DNA of 64,000 bases from Eledone cirrhosa. Lineage: Eukaryota. Position numbers and translations under genes: made by a program. The notes beneath the pieces are model-generated. The model saw only the letters and a program-made list of their open reading frames with translations, searched no databases and had not been told where the DNA came from. Below are positions 45,301-59,800 of this stretch, in pieces. Position 1 is the first letter of the stretch. The number at the start of each line of letters is the position of its first letter. The stretch covers positions 34,968,001-35,032,000 of the forward strand of contig OZ024754.1 in assembly GCA_964016885.1 (NCBI GenBank). The letters run 5' to 3'.

Positions 45301-47300
45301 AGTGTATACAGAAAGAAACTAAAGAATGTTGATGAAGTGTATATAGAAAGAAACTAAAGAATGTAGATGAAGTGTATATAGAAAGAAACTAAAGAATGTA
45401 GATGAAGTGTATATAGAAAGAAACTAAAGAATGTTGATGAAGTGTATACAGAAAGAAACTAAAGAATGTAGATGAAGTGTATATAGAAAGAAACTAAAGA
45501 ATGTTGATGAAGTGTATACAGAAAGAAACTAAAGAATGTAGATGAAGTGTATACAGAAAGAAACTAAAGAATGTTGATGAAGTGTATATAGAAAGAAACT
45601 AAAGAATGTAGATGAAGTGTATACAGAAAGAAACTAAAGAATGTAGATGAAGTGTATACAGAAAGAAACTAAAGAATGTAGATGAAGTGTATACAGAAAG
45701 AAACTAAAGAATGTTGATGAAGTGTATATAGAAAGAAACTAAAGAATGTTGATGAAGTGTATACAGAAAGAAACTAAAGAATGTTGATGAAGTGTATATA
45801 GAAAGAAACTAAAGAATGTAGATGAAGTGTATACAGAAAGAAACTAAAGAATGTAGATGAAGTGTATACAGAAAGAAACTAAAGAATGTTGATGAAGTGT
45901 ATATAGAAAGAAACTAAAGAATGTAGATGAAGTGTATACAGAAAGAAACTAAAGAATGTTGATGAAGTGTATATAGAAAGAAACTAAAGAATGTTGATGA
46001 AGTGTCTACAGAAAGAAACTAAAGAATGTAGATGAAGTGTATATAGAAAGAAACTAAAGAATGTTGATGAAGTGTCTACAGAAAGAAACTAAAGAATGTT
46101 GATGAAGTGTATATAGAAAGAAACTAAAGAATGTTGATGAAGTGTCTACAGAAAGAAACTAAAGAATGTTGATGAAGTGTCTACAGAAAGAAACTAAAGA
46201 ATGTTGATGAAGTGTATACAGAATGAAACTAAAGAATGTAGATGAAGTTTATACAGAAAGAAACTAAAGAACGTAGATGAAGTGTATACAGAAAGAAACT
46301 AAAGAATGTTGATGAAGTCTATATAGAAAGAAACTAAAGAATGTAGATGAAGTGTATATAGAAAGAAACTAAAGAATGTTGATGAAGTGTATACAGAAAG
46401 AAACTAAAGAATGTTGATGAAGTGTATATAGAAATAAACTAAAGAATGTAGATGAAGTGTATATAGAAAGAAACTAAAGAATGTAGATGAAGTGTATATA
46501 GAAAGAAACTAAAGAATGTAGATGAAGTGTATATAGAAAGAAACTAAAGAATGTAGATGAAGTGTATATAGAAAGAAACTAAAGAATGTAGATGAAGTGT
46601 ATATAGAAAGAAACTAAAGAATGTTGATGAAGTGTATATAGAAAGAAACTAAAGAATGTTGATGAAGTGTCTACAGAAAGAAACTAAAGAATGTTGATGA
46701 AGTGTATACAGAAAAAAACTAAAGAATGTAGATGAAGTGTATATAGAAAGAAACTAAAGAATGTAGATGAAGTGTATATAGAAAGAAACTAAAGTATGTT
46801 GATGAAGTGTCTACAGAAAGAAACTAAAGAATGTTGATAAAGTGTATACAGAAAGAAACTAAAGAATGTAGATGAAGTGTATATAGAAAGAAACTAAAGA
46901 ATGTTGATGAAGTGTATACAGAAAGAAACTAAAGAATGTTGATGAAGTGTCTACAGAAAGAAACTAAAGAATGTTGATGAAGTGTATACAGAAAGAAACT
47001 AAAGAATGTAGATGAAGTGTATATAGTAAGAAACTAAAGAATGTAGATGAAGTGTATACAGAAAGAAACTAAAGAATGTTGATGAAGTGTATACAGAAAG
47101 AAACTAAAGAATGTTGATGAAGTGTATATAGAAAGAAACTAAAGAATGTAGATGAAGTGTATACAGAAAGAAACTAAAGAATGTTGATGAAGTGTATACA
47201 GAAAGAAACTAAAGAATGTTGATGAAGTGTCTACAGAAAGAAACTAAAGAATGTAGATGAAGTGTATATAGAAAGAAACTAAAGAATGTAGATGAAGTGT
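36400..47300. repeat. Nested higher-order array: six sub-blocks spaced 60/48/58/48/58 monomers, with a 106-monomer (3,710-bp) super-period
   Basis: GATGAAGTTT at 36721, 38821, 40501, 42531, 44211 and 46241 (spacings 2100, 1680, 2030, 1680, 2030). Private variants AGTGTGTATA (37951/41661) and ACA-AAAAGAAACT (38031/41741) are offset 3710. Confidence 0.92.
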
Positions 47301-47799
47301 ATACAGAAAGAAACTAAAGAATGTTGATGAAGTGTATACAGAAAGAAACTAAAGAATGTTGATGAAGTGTATACAGAAAGAAACTAAAGAATGTTGAGGA
47401 AGTGTATATAGAAAGAAACTAAAGAATGTAGATGAAGTGTATATAGAAAGAAACTAAAGAATGTAGATGAAGTGTATATAGAAAGAAACTAAAGAATGTT
47501 GATGAAGTGTATACAGAAAGAAACTAAAGAATGTAGATGAAGTGTATATAGAAAGAAACTAAAGAATGTTGATGAAGTGTATACAGAAAGAAACTAAAGA
47601 ATGTAGATGAAGTGTATACAGAAAGAAACTAAAGAATGTTGATGAAGTGTATATAGAAAGAAACTAAAGAATGTAGATGAAGTGTATACAGAAAGAAACT
47701 AAAGAATGTAGATGAAGTGTATACAGAAAGAAACTAAAGAATGTAGATGAAGTGTATACAGAAAGAAACTAAAGAATGTTGATGAAGTGTATATAGAAA

Positions 47800-50700
47800 G
47801 AAACTAAAGAATGTTGATGAAGTGTATACAGAAAGAAACTAAAGAATGTTGATGAAGTGTATATAGAAAGAAACTAAAGAATGTAGATGAAGTGTATACA
47901 GAAAGAAACTAAAGAATGTAGATGAAGTGTATACAGAAAGAAACTAAAGAACGTAGATGAAGTGTATACAGAAAGAAACTAAAGAATGTAGATGAAGTGT
48001 ATATAGAAAGAAACTAAAGAATGTTGATGAAGTGTCTACAGAAAGAAACTAAAGAATGTTGATGAAGTGTATATAGAAAGAAACTAAAGAATGTTGATGA
48101 AGTGTCTACAGAAAGAAACTAAAGAATGTAGATGAAGTGTATATAGAAAGAAACTAAAGAATGTTGATGAAGTGTATATAGAAAGAAACTAAAGAATGTT
48201 GATGAAGTGTCTACAGAAAGAAACTAAAGAATGTTGATGAAGTGTATATAGAAAGAAACTAAAGAATGTTGATGAAGTGTATACAGAAAGAAACTAAAGA
48301 ATGTTGATGAAGTGTATATAGAAAGAAACTAAAGAATGTTGATGAAGTGTCTACAGAAAGAAACTAAAGAATGTTGATGAAGTGTCTACAGAAAGAAACT
48401 AAAGAATGTTGATGAAGTGTCTACAGAAAGAAACTAAAGAATGTAGATGAAGTGTATATAGAAAGAAACTAAAGAATGTTGATGAAGTGTCTACAGAAAG
48501 AAACTAAAGTATGTTGATGAAGTGTATATAGAAAGAAACTAAAGAATGTTGATGAAGTGTCTACAGAAAGAAACTAAAGAATGTTGATGAAGTGTCTACA
48601 GAAAGAAACTAAAGAATGTTGATGAAGTGTTTACAGAAAGAAACTAAAGAATGTTGATGAAGTGTCTACAGAAAGAAACTAAAGAATGTAGATGAAGTGT
48701 ATATAGAAAGAAACTAAAGAATGTTGATGAAGTGTCTACAGAAAGAAACTAAAGAATGTTGATGAAGTGTATATAGAAAGAAACTAAAGAATGTTGATGA
48801 AGTGTCTACAGAAAGAAACTAAAGAATGTTGATGAAGTGTCTACAGAAAGAAACTAAAGAATGTTGATGAAGTGTATACAGAATGAAACTAAAGAATGTA
48901 GATGAAGTGTATACAGAAAGAAACTAAAGAACGTAGATGAAGTGTATACAGAAAGAAACTAAAGAATGTTGATGAAGTCTATATAGAAAGAAACTAAAAA
49001 ATGTAGATGAAGTGTATATAGAAAGAAACTAAAGAATGTTGATGAAGTGTATACAGAAAGAAACTAAAGAATGTTGATGAAGTGTATATAGAAATAAACT
49101 AAAGAATGTAGATGAAGTGTATATAGAAAGAAACTAAAGAATGTAGATGAAGTGTATATAGAAAGAAACTAAAGAATGTAGATGAAGTGTATATAGAAAG
49201 AAACTAAAGAATGTAGATGAAGTGTATATAGAAAGAAACTAAAGAATGTAGATGAAGTGTATATAGAAAGAAACTAAAGAATGTAGATGAAGTGTATATA
49301 GAAAGAAACTAAAGAATGTTGATGAAGTGTCTACAGAAAGAAACTAAAGAATGTCGATGAAGTGTATACAGAAAGAAACTAAAGAATGTAGATGAAGTGT
49401 ATATAGAAAGAAACTAAAGAATGTGGATGAAGTGTATATAGAAAGAAACTAAAGAATGTTGATGAAGTGTCTACAGAAAGAAACTAAAGAATGTAGATGA
49501 AGTGTATACAGAAAGAAACTAAAGAATGTTGATGAAGTGTATATAGAAAGAAACTAAAGAATGTTGATGAAGTGTATACAGAAAGAAACTAAAGAATGTT
49601 GATGAAGTGTATATAGAAAGAAACTAAAGAATGTAGATGAAGTGTATACAGAAAGAAACTAAAGAATGTAGATGAAGTGTATACAGAAAGAAACTAAAGA
49701 ACGTAGATGAAGTGTATACAGAAAGAAACTAAAGAATGTAGATGAAGTGTATATAGAAAGAAACTAAAGAATGTTGATGAAGTGTCTACAGAAAGAAACT
49801 AAAGAATGTTGATGAAGTGTATATAGAAAGAAACTAAAGAATGTTGATGAAGTGTCTACAGAAAGAAACTAAAGAATGTAGATGAAGTGTATATAGAAAG
49901 AAACTAAAGAATGTTGATGAAGTGTATATAGAAAGAAACTAAAGAATGTTGATGAAGTGTCTACAGAAAGAAACTAAAGAATGTTGATGAAGTGTATATA
50001 GAAAGAAACTAAAGAATGTTGATGAAGTGTATACAGAAAGAAACTAAAGAATGTTGATGAAGTGTATATAGAAAGAAACTAAAGAATGTTGATGAAGTGT
50101 CTACAGAAAGAAACTAAAGAATGTTGATGAAGTGTCTACAGAAAGAAACTAAAGAATGTTGATGAAGTGTCTACAGAAAGAAACTAAAGAATGTAGATGA
50201 AGTGTATATAGAAAGAAACTAAAGAATGTTGATGAAGTGTCTACAGAAAGAAACTAAAGTATGTTGATGAAGTGTATATAGAAAGAAACTAAAGAATGTT
50301 GATGAAGTGTCTACAGAAAGAAACTAAAGAATGTTGATGAAGTGTCTACAGAAAGAAACTAAAGAATGTTGATGAAGTGTTTACAGAAAGAAACTAAAGA
50401 ATGTTGATGAAGTGTCTACAGAAAGAAACTAAAGAATGTAGATGAAGTGTATATAGAAAGAAACTAAAGAATGTTGATGAAGTGTCTACAGAAAGAAACT
50501 AAAGAATGTTGATGAAGTGTATATAGAAAGAAACTAAAGAATGTTGATGAAGTGTCTACAGAAAGAAACTAAAGAATGTTGATGAAGTGTCTACAGAAAG
50601 AAAATAAAGAATGTTGATGAAGTGTATACAGAATGAAACTAAAGAATGTAGATGAAGTGTATACAGAAAGAAACTAAAGAACGTAGATGAAGTGTATACA

Positions 50701-51300
50701 GAAAGAAACTAAAGAATGTTGATGAAGTCTATATAGAAAGAAACTAAAAAATGTAGATGAAGTGTATATAGAAAGAAACTAAAGAATGTTGATGAAGTGT
50801 ATACAGAAAGAAACTAAAGAATGTTGATGAAGTGTATATAGAAATAAACTAAAGAATGTAGATGAAGTGTATATAGAAAGAAACTAAAGAATGTAGATGA
50901 AGTGTATATAGAAAGAAACTAAAGAATGTAGATGAAGTGTATATAGAAAGAAACTAAAGAATGTAGATGAAGTGTATATAGAAAGAAACTAAAGAATGTA
51001 GATGAAGTGTATATAGAAAGAAACTAAAGAATGTAGATGAAGTGTATATAGAAAGAAACTAAAGAATGTTGATGAAGTGTCTACAGAAAGAAACTAAAGA
51101 ATGTCGATGAAGTGTATACAGAAAGAAACTAAAGAATGTAGATGAAGTGTATATAGAAAGAAACTAAAGAATGTGGATGAAGTGTATATAGAAAGAAACT
51201 AAAGAATGTTGATGAAGTGTCTACAGAAAGAAACTAAAGAATGTAGATGAAGTGTATACAGAAAGAAACTAAAGAATGTTGATGAAGTGTATATAGAAAG
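47800..51300. repeat. Tandem duplication of a 50-monomer (1,750-bp) block, with a further copy at ~56.4-58.5 kb
   Basis: Offset 1750: GTGT-TTACAG at 48631/50381, AAACTAAAAA at 48991/50741, ATGTCGATGA at 49351/51101, ATGTGGATGA at 49421/51171. The further copy has TTACAG at 57696 and shares GAAAATAAAG (50604/57919, offset 7315 = 209 units). Confidence 0.9.
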
Positions 51301-53899
51301 AAACTAAAGAATGTAGATGAAGTGTATACAGAAAGAAACTAAAGAATGTTGATGAAGTGTATACAGAAAGAAACTAAAGAATGTTGATGAAGTGTCTACA
51401 GAAAGAAACTAAAGAATGTAGATGAAGTGTATATAGAAAGAAACTAAAGAATGTAGATGAAGTGTATACAGAAAGAAACTAAAGAATGTTGATGAAGTGT
51501 ATACAGAAAGAAACTAAAGAATGTTGATGAAGTGTATACAGAAAGAAACTAAAGAATGTTGATGAAGTGTATATAGAAAGAAACTAAAGAATGTAGATGA
51601 AGTGTATATAGAAAGAAACTAAAGAATGTAGATGAAGTGTATATAGAAAGAAACTAAAGAATGTTGATGAAGTGTATACAGAAAGAAACTAAAGAATGTA
51701 GATGAAGTGTATATAGAAAGAAACTAAAGAATGTTGATGAAGTGTATACAGAAAGAAACTAAAGAATGTAGATGAAGTGTATACAGAAAGAAACTAAAGA
51801 ATGTTGATGAAGTGTATATAGAAAGAAACTAAAGAATGTAGATGAAGTGTATACAGAAAGAAACTAAAGAATGTAGATGAAGTGTATACAGAAAGAAACT
51901 AAAGAATGTAGATGAAGTGTATACAGAAAGAAACTAAAGAATGTTGATGAAGTGTATATAGAAAGAAACTAAAGAATGTTGATGAAGTGTATACAGAAAG
52001 AAACTAAAGAATGTTGATGAAGTGTATATAGAAAGAAACTAAAGAATGTAGATGAAGTGTATACAGAAAGAAACTAAAGAATGTAGATGAAGTGTATACA
52101 GAAAGAAACTAAAGAATGTTGATGAAGTGTATATAGAAAGAAACTAAAGAATGTAGATGAAGTGTATACAGAAAGAAACTAAAGAATGTTGATGAAGTGT
52201 ATATAGAAAGAAACTAAAGAATGTTGATGAAGTGTATACAGAAAGAAACTAAAGAATGTAGATGAAGTGTATATAGAAAGAAACTAAAGAATGTTGATGA
52301 AGTGTATACAGAAAGAAACTAAAGAATGTTGATGAAGTGTATACAGAAAGAAACTAAAGAATGTAGATGAAGTGTATACAGAAAGAAACTAAAGAATGTT
52401 GATGAAGTGTATACAGAAAGAAACTAAAGAATGTAGATGAAGTGTATACAGAAAGAAACTAAAGAATGTTGATGAAGTGTATATAGAAAGAAACTAAAGA
52501 ATGTAGATGAAGTGTATACAGAAAGAAACTAAAGAATGTTGATGAAGTGTATATAGAAAGAAACTAAAGAATGTTGATGAAGTGTATACAGAAAGAAACT
52601 AAAGAATGTAGATGAAGTGTATATAGAAAGAAACTAAAGAATGTTGATGAAGTGTATACAGAAAGAAACTAAAGAATGTTGATGAAGTGTATATAGAAAG
52701 AAACTAAAGAATGTAGATGAAGTGTATATAGAAAGAAACTAAAGAATGTTGATGAAGTGTATACAGAAAGAAACTAAAGAATGTAGATGAAGTGTATATA
52801 GAAAGAAACTAAAGAATGTTGATGAAGTGTATACAGAAAGAAACTAAAGAATGTAGATGAAGTGTATATAGAAAGAAACTAAAGAATGTTGATGAAGTGT
52901 ATACAGAAAGAAACTAAAGAATGTAGATGAAGTGTATATAGAAAGAAACTAAAGAATGTTGATGAAGTGTATACAGAAAGAAACTAAAGAATGTAGATGA
53001 AGTGTATATAGAAAGAAACTAAAGAATGTTGATGAAGTGTATACAGAAAGAAACTAAAGAATGTTGATGAAGTGTATATAGAAAGAAACTAAAGAATGTT
53101 GATGAAGTGTATACAGAAAGAAACTAAAGAATGTAGATGAAGTGTATATAGAAAGAAACTAAAGAATGTTGATGAAGTGTATACAGAAAGAAACTAAAGA
53201 ATGTTGATGAAGTGTATATAGAAAGAAACTAAAGAATGTTGATGAAGTGTATACAGAAAGAAACTAAAGAATGTAGATGAAGTGTATATAGAAAGAAACT
53301 AAAGAATGTTGATGAAGTCTATATAGAAAGAAACTAAAGAATGTAGATGAAGTGTATATAGAAAGAAACTAAAGAATGTTGATGAAGTGTATACAGAAAG
53401 AAACTAAAGAATGTTGATGAAGTGTATATAGAAATAAACTAAAGAATGTTGATGAAGTGTATACAGAAAGAAACTAAAGAATGTTGATGAAGTGTATATA
53501 GAAAGAAACTAAAGAATGTAGATGAAGTGTATATAGAAAGAAACTAAAGAATGTTGATGAAGTGTATACAGAAAGAAACTAAAGAATGTAGATGAAGTGT
53601 ATATAGAAAGAAACTAAAGAATGTTGATGAAGTGTATACAGAAAGAAACTAAAGAATGTTGATGAAGTGTATATAGAAAGAAACTAAAGAATGTTGATGA
53701 AGTGTCTACAGAAAGAAACTAAAGAATGTCGATGAAGTGTATACAGAAAGAAACTAAAGAATGTAGATGAAGTGTATATTTAAAGAAACTAAAGAATGTG
53801 GATGAAGTGTATATAGAAAGAAACTAAAGAATGTTGATGAAGTGTCTACAGAAAGAAACTAAAGAATGTAGATGAAGTGTATACAGAAAGAAACTAAAG

Positions 53900-56800
53900 A
53901 ATGTTGATGAAGTGTATATAGAAAGAAACTAAAGAATGTAGATGAAGTGTATACAGAAAGAAACTAAAGAATGTAGATGAAGTGTATACAGAAAGAAACT
54001 AAAGAATGTAGATGAAGTGTATACAGAAAGAAACTAAAGAATGTTGATGAAGTGTATATAGAAAGAAACTAAAGAATGTTGATGAAGTGTATACAGAAAG
54101 AAACTAAAGAATGTTGATGAAGTGTATATAGAAAGAAACTAAAGAATGTAGATGAAGTGTATACAGAAAGAAACTAAAGAATGTAGATGAAGTGTATACA
54201 GAAAGAAACTAAAGAATGTTGATGAAGTGTATATAGAAAGAAACTAAAGAATGTAGATGAAGTGTATACAGAAAGAAACTAAAGAATGTTGATGAAGTGT
54301 ATATAGAAAGAAACTAAAGAATGTTGATGAAGTGTATACAGAAAGAAACTAAAGAAAGTAGATGAAGTGTATATAGAAAGAAACTAAAGAATGTTGATGA
54401 AGTGTATACAGAAAGAAACTAAAGAATGTTGATGAAGTGTATACAGAAAGAAACTAAAGAATGTAGATGAAGTGTATACAGAAAGAAACTAAAGAATGTT
54501 GATGAAGTGTATACAGAAAGAAACTAAAGAATGTAGATGAAGTGTATACAGAAAGAAACTAAAGAATGTTGATGAAGTGTATATAGAAAGAAACTAAAGA
54601 ATGTAGATGAAGTGTATACAGAAAGAAACTAAAGAATGTTGATGAAGTGTATATAGAAAGAAACTAAAGAATGTTGATGAAGTGTATACAGAAAGAAACT
54701 AAAGAATGTAGATGAAGTGTATATAGAAAGAAACTAAAGAATGTTGATGAAGTGTATACAGAAAGAAACTAAAGAATGTTGATGAAGTGTATATAGAAAG
54801 AAACTAAAGAATGTAGATGAAGTGTATATAGAAAGAAACTAAAGAATGTTGATGAAGTGTATACAGAAAGAAACTAAAGAATGTAGATGAAGTGTATATA
54901 GAAAGAAACTAAAGAATGTTGATGAAGTGTATACAGAAAGAAACTAAAGAATGTAGATGAAGTGTATATAGAAAGAAACTAAAGAATGTTGATGAAGTGT
55001 ATACAGAAAGAAACTAAAGAATGTAGATGAAGTGTATATAGAAAGAAACTAAAGAATGTTGATGAAGTGTATACAGAAAGAAACTAAAGAATGTAGATGA
55101 AGTGTATATAGAAAGAAACTAAAGAATGTTGATGAAGTGTATACAGAAAGAAACTAAAGAATGTTGATGAAGTGTATATAGAAAGAAACTAAAGAATGTT
55201 GATGAAGTGTATACAGAAAGAAACTAAAGAATGTAGATGAAGTGTATATAGAAAGAAACTAAAGAATGTTGATGAAGTGTATACAGAAAGAAACTAAAGA
55301 ATGTTGATGAAGTGTATATAGAAAGAAACTAAAGAATGTTGATGAAGTGTATACAGAAAGAAACTAAAGAATGTAGATGAAGTGTATATAGAAAGAAACT
55401 AAAGAATGTTGATGAAGTGTATACAGAAAGAAACTAAAGAATGTTGATGAAGTGTATATAGAAAGAAACTAAAGAATGTTGATGAAGTGTATACAGAAAG
55501 AAACTAAAGAATGTAGATGAAGTGTATATAGAAAGAAACTAAAGAATGTTGATGAAGTGTATACAGAAAGAAACTAAAGAATGTTGATGAAGTGTATATA
55601 GAAAGAAACTAAAGAATGTAGATGAAGTGTATATAGAAAGAAACTAAAGAATGTTGATGAAGTGTATACAGAAAGAAACTAAAGAATGTAGATGAAGTGT
55701 ATATAGAAAGAAACTAAAGAATGTTGATGAAGTGTATACAGAAAGAAACTAAAGAATGTTGATGAAGTGTATATAGAAAGAAACTAAAGAATGTTGATGA
55801 AGTGTATACAGAAAGAAACTAAAGAATGTAGATGAAGTGTATATAGAAAGAAACTAAAGAATGTTGATGAAGTGTATACAGAAAGAAACTAAAGAATGTT
55901 GATGAAGTGTATATAGAAAGAAACTAAAGAATGTTGATGAAGTGTATACAGAAAGAAACTAAAGAATGTAGATGAAGTGTATATAGAAAGAAACTAAAGA
56001 ATGTTGATGAAGTGTATACAGAAAGAAACTGAAAAATGTTGATGAAGTGTATATAGAAAGAAACTAAAGAATGTAGATGAAGTGTATATAGAAAGAAACT
56101 AAAGAATGTTGATGAAGTGTATACAGAAAGAAACTAAAGAATGTAGATGAAGTGTATATAGAAAGAAACTAAAGAATGTTGATGAAGTGTATACAGAAAG
56201 AAACTAAAGAATGTTGATGAAGTGTATATAGAAAGAAACTAAAGAATGTAGATGAAGTGTATATAGAAAGAAACTAAACAATGTAGATGAAGTGTATACA
56301 GAAAGAAACTAAAGAATGTTGATGAAGTGTATATAGAAAGAAATTAAAGAATGTAGATGAAGTGTATATAGAAAGAAACTAAAGAATGTTGATGAAGTGT
56401 ATACAGAAATAAACTAAAGAATGTAGATGAAGTGTATATAGAAAGAAACTAAAGAATGTAGATGAAGTGTATATAGAAAGAAACTAAAGAATGTAGATGA
56501 AGTGTATATAGAAAGAAACTAAAGAATGTAGATGAAGTGTATATAGAAAGAAACTAAAGAATGTAGATGAAGTGTATATAGAAAGAAACTAAAGAATGTA
56601 GATGAAGTGTATATAGAAAGAAACTAAAGAATGTTGATGAAGTGTCTACAGAAAGAAACTAAAGAATGTCGATGAAGTGTATACAGAAAGAAACTAAAGA
56701 ATGTAGATGAAGTGTATATAGAAAGAAACTAAAGAATGTGGATGAAGTGTATATAGAAAGAAACTAAAGAATGTTGATGAAGTGTCTACAGAAAGAAACT

Positions 56801-59800
56801 AAAGAATGTAGATGAAGTGTATACAGAAAGAAACTAAAGAATGTTGATGAAGTGTATATAGAAAGAAACTAAAGAATGTTGATGAAGTGTATACAGAAAG
56901 AAACTAAAGAATGTTGATGAAGTGTATATAGAAAGAAACTAAAGAATGTAGATGAAGTGTATACAGAAAGAAACTAAAGAATGTAGATGAAGTGTATACA
57001 GAAAGAAACTAAAGAACGTAGATGAAGTGTATACAGAAAGAAACTAAAGAATGTAGATGAAGTGTATATAGAAAGAAACTAAAGAATGTTGATGAAGTGT
57101 CTACAGAAAGAAACTAAAGAATGTTGATGAAGTGTATATAGAAAGAAACTAAAGAATGTTGATGAAGTGTCTACAGAAAGAAACTAAAGAATGTAGATGA
57201 AGTGTATATAGAAAGAAACTAAAGAATGTTGATGAAGTGTATATAGAAAGAAACTAAAGAATGTTGATGAAGTGTCTACAGAAAGAAACTAAAGAATGTT
57301 GATGAAGTGTATATAGAAAGAAACTAAAGAATGTTGATGAAGTGTATACAGAAAGAAACTAAAGAATGTTGATGAAGTGTATATAGAAAGAAACTAAAGA
57401 ATGTTGATGAAGTGTCTACAGAAAGAAACTAAAGAATGTTGATGAAGTGTCTACAGAAAGAAACTAAAGAATGTTGATGAAGTGTCTACAGAAAGAAACT
57501 AAAGAATGTAGATGAAGTGTATATAGAAAGAAACTAAAGAATGTTGATGAAGTGTCTACAGAAAGAAACTAAAGTATGTTGATGAAGTGTATATAGAAAG
57601 AAACTAAAGAATGTTGATGAAGTGTCTACAGAAAGAAACTAAAGAATGTTGATGAAGTGTCTACAGAAAGAAACTAAAGAATGTTGATGAAGTGTTTACA
57701 GAAAGAAACTAAAGAATGTTGATGAAGTGTCTACAGAAAGAAACTAAAGAATGTAGATGAAGTGTATATAGAAAGAAACTAAAGAATGTTGATGAAGTGT
57801 CTACAGAAAGAAACTAAAGAATGTTGATGAAGTGTATATAGAAAGAAACTAAAGAATGTTGATGAAGTGTCTACAGAAAGAAACTAAAGAATGTTGATGA
57901 AGTGTCTACAGAAAGAAAATAAAGAATGTTGATGAAGTGTATACAGAATGAAACTAAAGAATGTAGATGAAGTGTATACAGAAAGAAACTAAAGAACGTT
58001 GATGAAGTGTATACAGAAAGAAACTAAAGAATGTTGATGAAGTCTATATAGAAAGAAACTAAAAAATGTAGATGAAGTGTATATAGAAAGAAACTAAAGA
58101 ATGTAGATGAAGTGTATATAGAAAGAAACTAAAGAATGTAGATGAAGTGTATATAGAAAGAAACTAAAGAATGTAGATGAAGTGTATATAGAAAGAAACT
58201 AAAGAATGTAGATGAAGTGTATATAGAAAGAAACTAAAGAATGTAGATGAAGTGTATATAGAAAGAAACTAAAGAATGTTGATGAAGTGTCTACAGAAAG
58301 AAACTAAAGAATGTCGATGAAGTGTATACAGAAAGAAACTAAAGAATGTAGATGAAGTGTATATAGAAAGAAACTAAAGAATGTGGATGAAGTGTATATA
58401 GAAAGAAACTAAAGAATGTTGATGAAGTGTCTACAGAAAGAAACTAAAGAATGTAGATGAAGTGTATACAGAAAGAAACTAAAGAATGTTGATGAAGTGT
58501 ATATAGAAAGAAACTAAAGAATGTAGATGAAGTGTATACAGAAAGAAACTAAAGAATGTTGATGAAGTGTATACAGAAAGAAACTAAAGAATGTTGATGA
58601 AGTGTCTACAGAAAGAAACTAAAGAATGTAGATGAAGTGTATATAGAAAGAAACTAAAGAATGTAGATGAAGTGTATACAGAAAGAAACTAAAGAATGTT
58701 GATGAAGTGTATACAGAAAGAAACTAAAGAATGTTGATGAAGTGTATACAGAAAGAAACTAAAGAATGTTGATGAAGTGTATATAGAAAGAAACTAAAGA
58801 ATGTAGATGAAGTGTATATAGAAAGAAACTAAAGAATGTAGATGAAGTGTATATAGAAAGAAACTAAAGAATGTTGATGAAGTGTATACAGAAAGAAACT
58901 AAAGAATGTAGATGAAGTGTATATAGAAAGAAACTAAAGAATGTTGATGAAGTGTATACAGAAAGAAACTAAAGAATGTAGATGAAGTGTATACAGAAAG
59001 AAACTAAAGAATGTTGATGAAGTGTATATAGAAAGAAACTAAAGAATGTAGATGAAGTGTATACAGAAAGAAACTAAAGAATGTAGATGAAGTGTATACA
59101 GAAAGAAACTAAAGAATGTAGATGAAGTGTATACAGAAAGAAACTAAAGAATGTTGATGAAGTGTATATAGAAAGAAACTAAAGAATGTTGATGAAGTGT
59201 ATACAGAAAGAAACTAAAGAATGTTGATGAAGTGTATATAGAAAGAAACTAAAGAATGTAGATGAAGTGTATACAGAAAGAAACTAAAGAATGTAGATGA
59301 AGTGTATACAGAAAGAAACTAAAGAATGTTGATGAAGTGTATATAGAAAGAAACTAAAGAATGTAGATGAAGTGTATACAGAAAGAAACTAAAGAATGTT
59401 GATGAAGTGTATATAGAAAGAAACTAAAGAATGTTGATGAAGTGTATACAGAAAGAAACTAAAGAATGTAGATGAAGTGTATATAGAAAGAAACTAAAGA
59501 ATGTTGATGAAGTGTATACAGAAAGAAACTAAAGAATGTTGATGAAGTGTATACAGAAAGAAACTAAAGAATGTAGATGAAGTGTATACAGAAAGAAACT
59601 AAAGAATGTTGATGAAGTGTATACAGAAAGAAACTAAAGAATGTAGATGAAGTGTATACAGAAAGAAACTAAAGAATGTTGATGAAGTGTATATAGAAAG
59701 AAACTAAAGAATGTAGATGAAGTGTATACAGAAAGAAACTAAAGAATGTTGATGAAGTGTATATAGAAAGAAACTAAAGAATGTTGATGAAGTGTATACA

